Virus record (IMG/VR): IMGVR_UViG_2630968639_000008
Source: a virus
Lineage: Duplodnaviria; Heunggongvirae; Uroviricota; Caudoviricetes
Direction: 5' to 3' (one strand)
Length of the DNA: 33,922 bases
The position numbers and the translations under genes were made by a program. Each line of letters opens with the position of its first letter. Position 1 is the first letter of the stretch. The notes under the pieces are model-generated. The model had not been told where the DNA came from. It saw only the letters and a program-made list of their open reading frames with translations, and ran no database searches. Shown in pieces: positions 29,781-33,922 of this stretch.

Positions 29781-30566
29781 ATGAGTACAGCACTCGCAAC
29801 GCTGGCAGGGAAGCTGGCTGAACGTGTCGGCATGGATTCTGTCGACCCACAGGAACTGATCACCACTCTTCGCCAGACGGCATTTAAAGGTGATGCCAGC
29901 GATGCGCAGTTCATCGCATTGTTGATCGTCGCCAACCAGTACGGCCTTAATCCGTGGACGAAAGAAATTTACGCCTTCCCTGATAAGCAGAACGGCATCG
30001 TTCCGGTGGTGGGCGTTGATGGCTGGTCCCGCATCATCAATGAAAACCAGCAGTTTGATGGCATGGACTTTGAGCAGGACAATGAATCCTGTACATGCCG
30101 GATTTACCGCAAGGACCGCAATCATCCGATCTGCGTTACCGAGTGGATGGATGAATGCCGCCGCGAACCATTCAAAACCCGCGAAGGCAGAGAAATCACG
30201 GGGCCGTGGCAGTCGCATCCCAAACGGATGTTACGGCATAAAGCCATGATTCAGTGTGCCCGTCTGGCCTTCGGATTTGCTGGTATCTATGACAAGGATG
30301 AAGCCGAGCGCATTGTCGAAAATACTGCATACACTGCAGAACGTCAGCCGGAACGCGACATCACTCCGGTTAACGATGAAACCATGCAGGAGATTAACAC
30401 TCTGCTGATCGCCCTGGATAAAACATGGGATGACGACTTATTGCCGCTCTGTTCCCAGATATTTCGCCGCGACATTCGCGCATCGTCAGAACTGACACAG
30501 GCCGAAGCAGTGAAAGCTCTTGGATTCCTGAAACAGAAAGCCACTGAGCAGAAGGTGGCAGCATGA
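29781..30566 (+). CDS. bet: Bet (Red-beta single-strand annealing protein)
   Basis: 261-aa ORF matching lambda Bet. Confidence 0.92.
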   Translation: MSTALATLAGKLAERVGMDSVDPQELITTLRQTAFKGDASDAQFIALLIVANQYGLNPWTKEIYAFPDKQNGIVPVVGVDGWSRIINENQQFDGMDFEQDNESCTCRIYRKDRNHPICVTEWMDECRREPFKTREGREITGPWQSHPKRMLRHKAMIQCARLAFGFAGIYDKDEAERIVENTAYTAERQPERDITPVNDETMQEINTLLIALDKTWDDDLLPLCSQIFRRDIRASSELTQAEAVKALGFLKQKATEQKVAA

Positions 30567-31243
30567 TACCGGACATTATCCTGCAGCGTACCGGGATCGA
30601 CGTGAGAGCTGTCGAACAGGGGGATGATGCATGGCACAAATTACGGCTCGGCGTCATCACCGCTTCAGAAGTTCACAACGTGATAGCAAAGCCCCGCTCA
30701 GGAAAGAAGTGGCCTGACATGAAAATGTCCTACTTCCACACCCTGCTGGCTGAGGTTTGCACCGGTGTGGCTCCGGAAGTTAATGCTAAGGCGCTGGCCT
30801 GGGGAAAACAGTACGAGAACGACGCCAGAACCCTGTTTGAATTCACTTCCGGCGTGAATGTTACTGAATCCCCGATCATCTATCGCGACGAAAGTATGCG
30901 CACCGCCTGCTCTCCCGATGGTTTATGCAGTGACGGCAACGGCCTTGAACTGAAATGCCCGTTTACCTCCCGGGATTTCATGAAATTCCGGCTCGGTGGT
31001 TTCGAGGCCATAAAGTCGGCTTACATGGCCCAGGTGCAGTACAGCATGTGGGTGACGCGAAAAGATGCCTGGTACTTTGCCAACTATGACCCACGAATGA
31101 AGCGTGAAGGCCTGCATTATGTCGTGGTTGAGCGGGATGAAAATTACATGGCGAGTTTTGACGAGATGGTGCCGGAGTTCATCGAAAAAATGGACGAGGC
31201 ACTGGCTGAAATTGGTTTTGTATTTGGGGAGCAATGGCGATGA
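30563..31243 (+). CDS. exo: Exo (Red-alpha 5'-3' exonuclease)
   Basis: 226-aa ORF matching lambda Exo; ATGA overlap with bet. Confidence 0.92.
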   Translation: MIPDIILQRTGIDVRAVEQGDDAWHKLRLGVITASEVHNVIAKPRSGKKWPDMKMSYFHTLLAEVCTGVAPEVNAKALAWGKQYENDARTLFEFTSGVNVTESPIIYRDESMRTACSPDGLCSDGNGLELKCPFTSRDFMKFRLGGFEAIKSAYMAQVQYSMWVTRKDAWYFANYDPRMKREGLHYVVVERDENYMASFDEMVPEFIEKMDEALAEIGFVFGEQWR

Positions 31244-31422
31244 AGCATCCTCACGATAATATCCGGGTAGGTGCGATCACTTTCGTCTACTCCGTTACAA
31301 AGCGAGGCTGGGTATTTCCCGGCCTTTCTGTTATCCAAAATCCACTGAAAGCCCAGCGGCTGGCTGAGGAGATAAATAATAAACGAGGGGCTGTATGCAC
31401 AAAGCATCTCCTGTTGAGTTAA
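31234..31422 (+). CDS. Small early-left accessory ORF (lambda orf60a-like)
   Basis: 62-aa ORF immediately after exo, as in lambda; function unknown. Confidence 0.5.
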   Translation: MAMKHPHDNIRVGAITFVYSVTKRGWVFPGLSVIQNPLKAQRLAEEINNKRGAVCTKHLLLS

Positions 31423-31586
31423 GAACGAGCATTGAGATGGCACATAGCCTTGCTCAAATTGGAGTCAGGTTTGTGCCAATACCAGTAGAAACAGACGAAG
31501 AATTTCATACGTTAGCCGCATCCCTTTCACAAAAGCTGGAAATGATGGTGGCGAAAGCAGAAGCAGATGAGAGAGACCAGGTATGA
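31395..31586 (+). CDS. Small early-left accessory ORF (lambda orf63-like)
   Basis: 63-aa ORF, acidic C-terminus; position as in lambda. Confidence 0.5.
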   Translation: MHKASPVELRTSIEMAHSLAQIGVRFVPIPVETDEEFHTLAASLSQKLEMMVAKAEADERDQV

Positions 31587-31662
31587 CAACCACTGAATGC
31601 ATTTTTCTGGCAGCGGGCTTCATATTCTGTGTGCTTATGCTTGCCGACATGGGACTTGTTCA

Positions 31663-31878
31663 ATGACACCTCAGCAGGAAAACGCCCTTCGCAGTATTGC
31701 CCGTCAGGCTAATTCTGAAATCAAAAAAGCCAGACAGCAGTTTCCGGATAAAAACGTCGATGACATTTGCCGTAGCGTACTGAAGAAGCACCGCGAAACG
31801 GTAACGCTGATGGGATTCACACCGACTCATTTAAGCCTGGCGATCGGCATGTTAAACGGCGTCTTTAAGGAACGGTGA
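31663..31878 (+). CDS. Small early-left accessory ORF (lambda orf61-like)
   Basis: Track ORF trimmed to ATG 31663 (MTPQQENALRSIARQ...); start uncertain. Confidence 0.4.
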   Translation: MTPQQENALRSIARQANSEIKKARQQFPDKNVDDICRSVLKKHRETVTLMGFTPTHLSLAIGMLNGVFKER

Positions 31879-31976
31879 GCATGAAAAACAAAATCATCAT
31901 GGAGCTACAGGCTCCTTTTTTATTATTCGCATTCACCCTCAAGCGTATTAACCAACAATTCATGGATTAATGAAAG

Positions 31977-32198
31977 ATGGCAGACATCATTGATTCAGCA
32001 TCAGAAATTGAAGAATTACAGCGCAACACAGCAATAAAAATGCGCCGCCTGAACCACCAGGCTATATCTGCCACTCATTGTTGTGAGTGTGGCGATCCGA
32101 TAGATGAACGAAGACGCCTGGCCGTTCAGGGTTGTCGGACTTGTGCAAGTTGCCAGGAGGATCTGGAACTTATCAGTAAACAGAGAGGTTCGAAGTGA
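31977..32198 (+). CDS. TraR/DksA-type C4 zinc-finger protein (lambda orf73-like)
   Basis: 73 aa with CxxC-(17)-CxxC (CECGDPIDERRRLAVQGCRTCASC). Confidence 0.6.
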   Translation: MADIIDSASEIEELQRNTAIKMRRLNHQAISATHCCECGDPIDERRRLAVQGCRTCASCQEDLELISKQRGSK

Positions 32199-32408
32199 GC
32201 GAAATTAACTAGAAGCCAAAGATAAAATCATCGCTGAGCAGGAGAAAATCGCTAACGGAGAAAAGACAGTAAGTCAGTATATGAAAACCGCATGATATCA
32301 TCAGATAAAAATCGATCGTAAAGCGAAATATTCATACCAGAATAAACGAGTCGAGGTAAATTATATTACCTCGATAAATTAACTAAAACTTGCCCGCTAT
32401 ATACTATC

Positions 32409-33011
32409 TCATTCAGTATCATCACGCGCGGTCTGTGCATATGTCACTACCGCACCTAATGTATTAATTTTCTTTTCAACATAGATAATATTATCGTACT
32501 CATAATTGCCATACGGATAGCAAATGCGAATATTCTCATGTAGATCGGGGTCATCCACCTCAGCTCCAGAACAACTTTTTGAACTACCGGAAGTATACCG
32601 ATACGGTGCAACATAAGACGATGTCTCTCCAGGCAAAAAATAAGTTAGTGTTGTAAGGGGTATAATCAGAAAAAATCCAGAAAATATGCATATCCCTGCA
32701 TAAACCTTAAGGTATGCTGACAGACTCTTCCAGCCGCTTTGTTTTACTATCCCCTTCTTAACCCAAAACAGAGATAACAGAAAAGCTATTCCCATGCTAA
32801 ACAGAATGTAATAGTGGGATATACTCTGATTAAGAAACGTGACCCTGTAGATATCTGCCCGCCACCAGAAGAAAAGGAAAATAAAGATCAGCCCTGAAAC
32901 TGTCATGCAAATCAAATAAGGATACGAATCTTTTTTCATGTTTAGCGCCCATAAAATTTTTCCTGCCCCGGACAAATTTACCATCCATTTTTTGCGCAGA
33001 AAATAGCTCAT
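32409..33011 (-). CDS. Hypothetical multi-pass inner-membrane protein (moron, opposite to the early-left operon)
   Basis: 200-aa ORF with about four hydrophobic helices and a Cys/Tyr-rich C-terminal soluble part; AT-rich; start codon uncertain (candidates at 33011, 32984, 32939). Confidence 0.55.
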   Translation of the reverse strand: MSYFLRKKWMVNLSGAGKILWALNMKKDSYPYLICMTVSGLIFIFLFFWWRADIYRVTFLNQSISHYYILFSMGIAFLLSLFWVKKGIVKQSGWKSLSAYLKVYAGICIFSGFFLIIPLTTLTYFLPGETSSYVAPYRYTSGSSKSCSGAEVDDPDLHENIRICYPYGNYEYDNIIYVEKKINTLGAVVTYAQTARDDTE

Positions 33012-33253
33012 TACTTACTGCACAATAATACACAAAATTGCGTAAATTTTTTGCATGGATTTTAGCTCTTTCAGCCGACGTTTAAGGGGTAAATAGCATT
33101 TCCTAAAAGCAACTGCACCAACCCAACAGAATGAGCTACCGCTTACGTTGAGAGCAAAAAAGTGTATAGCAGCAATGAACAGCATCCTCGCACTGACGGG
33201 GATTTCTTTTATCTGAGCTCGCTACGGCGAGTTTTGTTTTATGGAGACAAGAA

Positions 33254-33598
33254 ATGTCAGATTTGGCTATGAAGGTTTTGAAATGGCAATCAACTGGCGA
33301 TGTCGGCATCAGTAGCGCAACTCTTGCCTCAATCGCATGTGGCCTGAAAAAGAATATCTATGGTCATCACTTCGGCGCTCCCCATGACGCAGCAGACTTT
33401 CGGCGATGCGTTGCACTTGTTGAGCAGATTCCAGAAATCAGAGATTCATTCGACAAGGTTGCAAAGCGCGTTCCGGCATTCAAAGGAATCCTCAACGAAT
33501 GGGATTCACTCGTTGCTCTGTTGAAGTCTGAAATGAAGGCGTACGGGAACAAAGCACCAGAGACTTACAGAAGAATCAGCGAGCTACGCAAGGACTAA
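33254..33598 (+). CDS. Hypothetical protein upstream of xis
   Basis: 114-aa ORF, no motif recognised; followed by two hairpin terminators. Confidence 0.4.
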   Translation: MSDLAMKVLKWQSTGDVGISSATLASIACGLKKNIYGHHFGAPHDAADFRRCVALVEQIPEIRDSFDKVAKRVPAFKGILNEWDSLVALLKSEMKAYGNKAPETYRRISELRKD

Positions 33599-33601
33599 CC
33601 C

Positions 33602-33676
33602 GCCTCACACTCGATGAGGCATTTTCATTTATCAAGATATCCAGACCTACCATCGCCGCATCAATGCGGTTTTTTT
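33602..33676 (+). terminator. Tandem rho-independent terminator hairpins
   Basis: GCCTCA / TGAGGC (33602-33607, 33615-33620) followed by ATTTTCATTT; CCGCA / TGCGG (33656-33660, 33665-33669) followed by TTTTTTT. Confidence 0.55.
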
Positions 33677-33721
33677 ATTACCTGATTTGCAGGTTCGATT
33701 CCATATTCGGAGATAGCACTC

Positions 33722-33922
33722 ATGCAACACGAACTACAACCTGATTCACTGGTTGATTTGAAATTCATCATGGCTGATACTGGCTTTGGTAAAACCTTCA
33801 TCTATGACCGGATTAAGTCCGGCGACCTGCCAAAAGCCAAAGTTATCCACGGGCGAGCAAGATGGTTATATCGTGACCATTGTGAATTCAAAAATAAGCT
33901 CTTAAGCCGCGCCAATGGGTAA
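33722..33922 (+). CDS. xis: AlpA/Xis-type excisionase or transcriptional regulator
   Basis: 66-aa ORF with an AlpA-like HTH (GFGKTFIYDRIKSGDLPKAKVIHGRARWLYRD); stop is the last codon of the window; an integrase is expected just beyond. Confidence 0.6.
   Translation: MQHELQPDSLVDLKFIMADTGFGKTFIYDRIKSGDLPKAKVIHGRARWLYRDHCEFKNKLLSRANG

Noticed and set aside
33691-33701. GGTTCGATTCC, a tRNA T-loop-like motif just upstream of the xis-like gene (possible tRNA or att remnant)
   Set aside because: The flanking bases (GCAGG / CCATA) cannot form a T-stem and no acceptor stem or CCA end is evident. It is also inside the prophage rather than at its end, so it is most likely chance.

Overview
The window is almost entirely a lambda-like (lambdoid) prophage of an E. 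coli-type host, lying in reverse orientation to the classical lambda map. All calls rest on reading the six-frame translations and on recalled similarity to phage lambda, phage 21 and DLP12 proteins; no database search or computation was run. Left to right: tail genes J (partial), I, K, L, M, H, G/G-T, V, U, Z, FII, FI; head genes E, D, C/Nu3, B, W; terminase A and Nu1; cos; bor; lysis cassette Rz/Rz1, R, S; a porin moron; late antiterminator Q; a nin-type block (rusA, ybcO, ninE, ybcN); an AT-rich cargo island; a truncated ren; replication genes P and O with ori iterons; a cro/cI immunity region with OR and OL; then the early-left operon (gam, bet, exo, small ORFs) ending at an xis-like gene. 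int and the att sites lie outside the window. The most interesting points are: (1) an overlapping two-gene module with a HEPN-like protein in the AT-rich cargo island, a candidate toxin-antitoxin or anti-phage system; (2) an in-frame TAG inside the otherwise intact C/Nu3 head gene; (3) three further low-GC morons (lipoprotein after cI, membrane protein near xis, secreted protein in the nin region); (4) an intact porin gene between Q and S; (5) a clearly readable immunity region with regularly spaced 14-bp operators and a probably leaderless cI.
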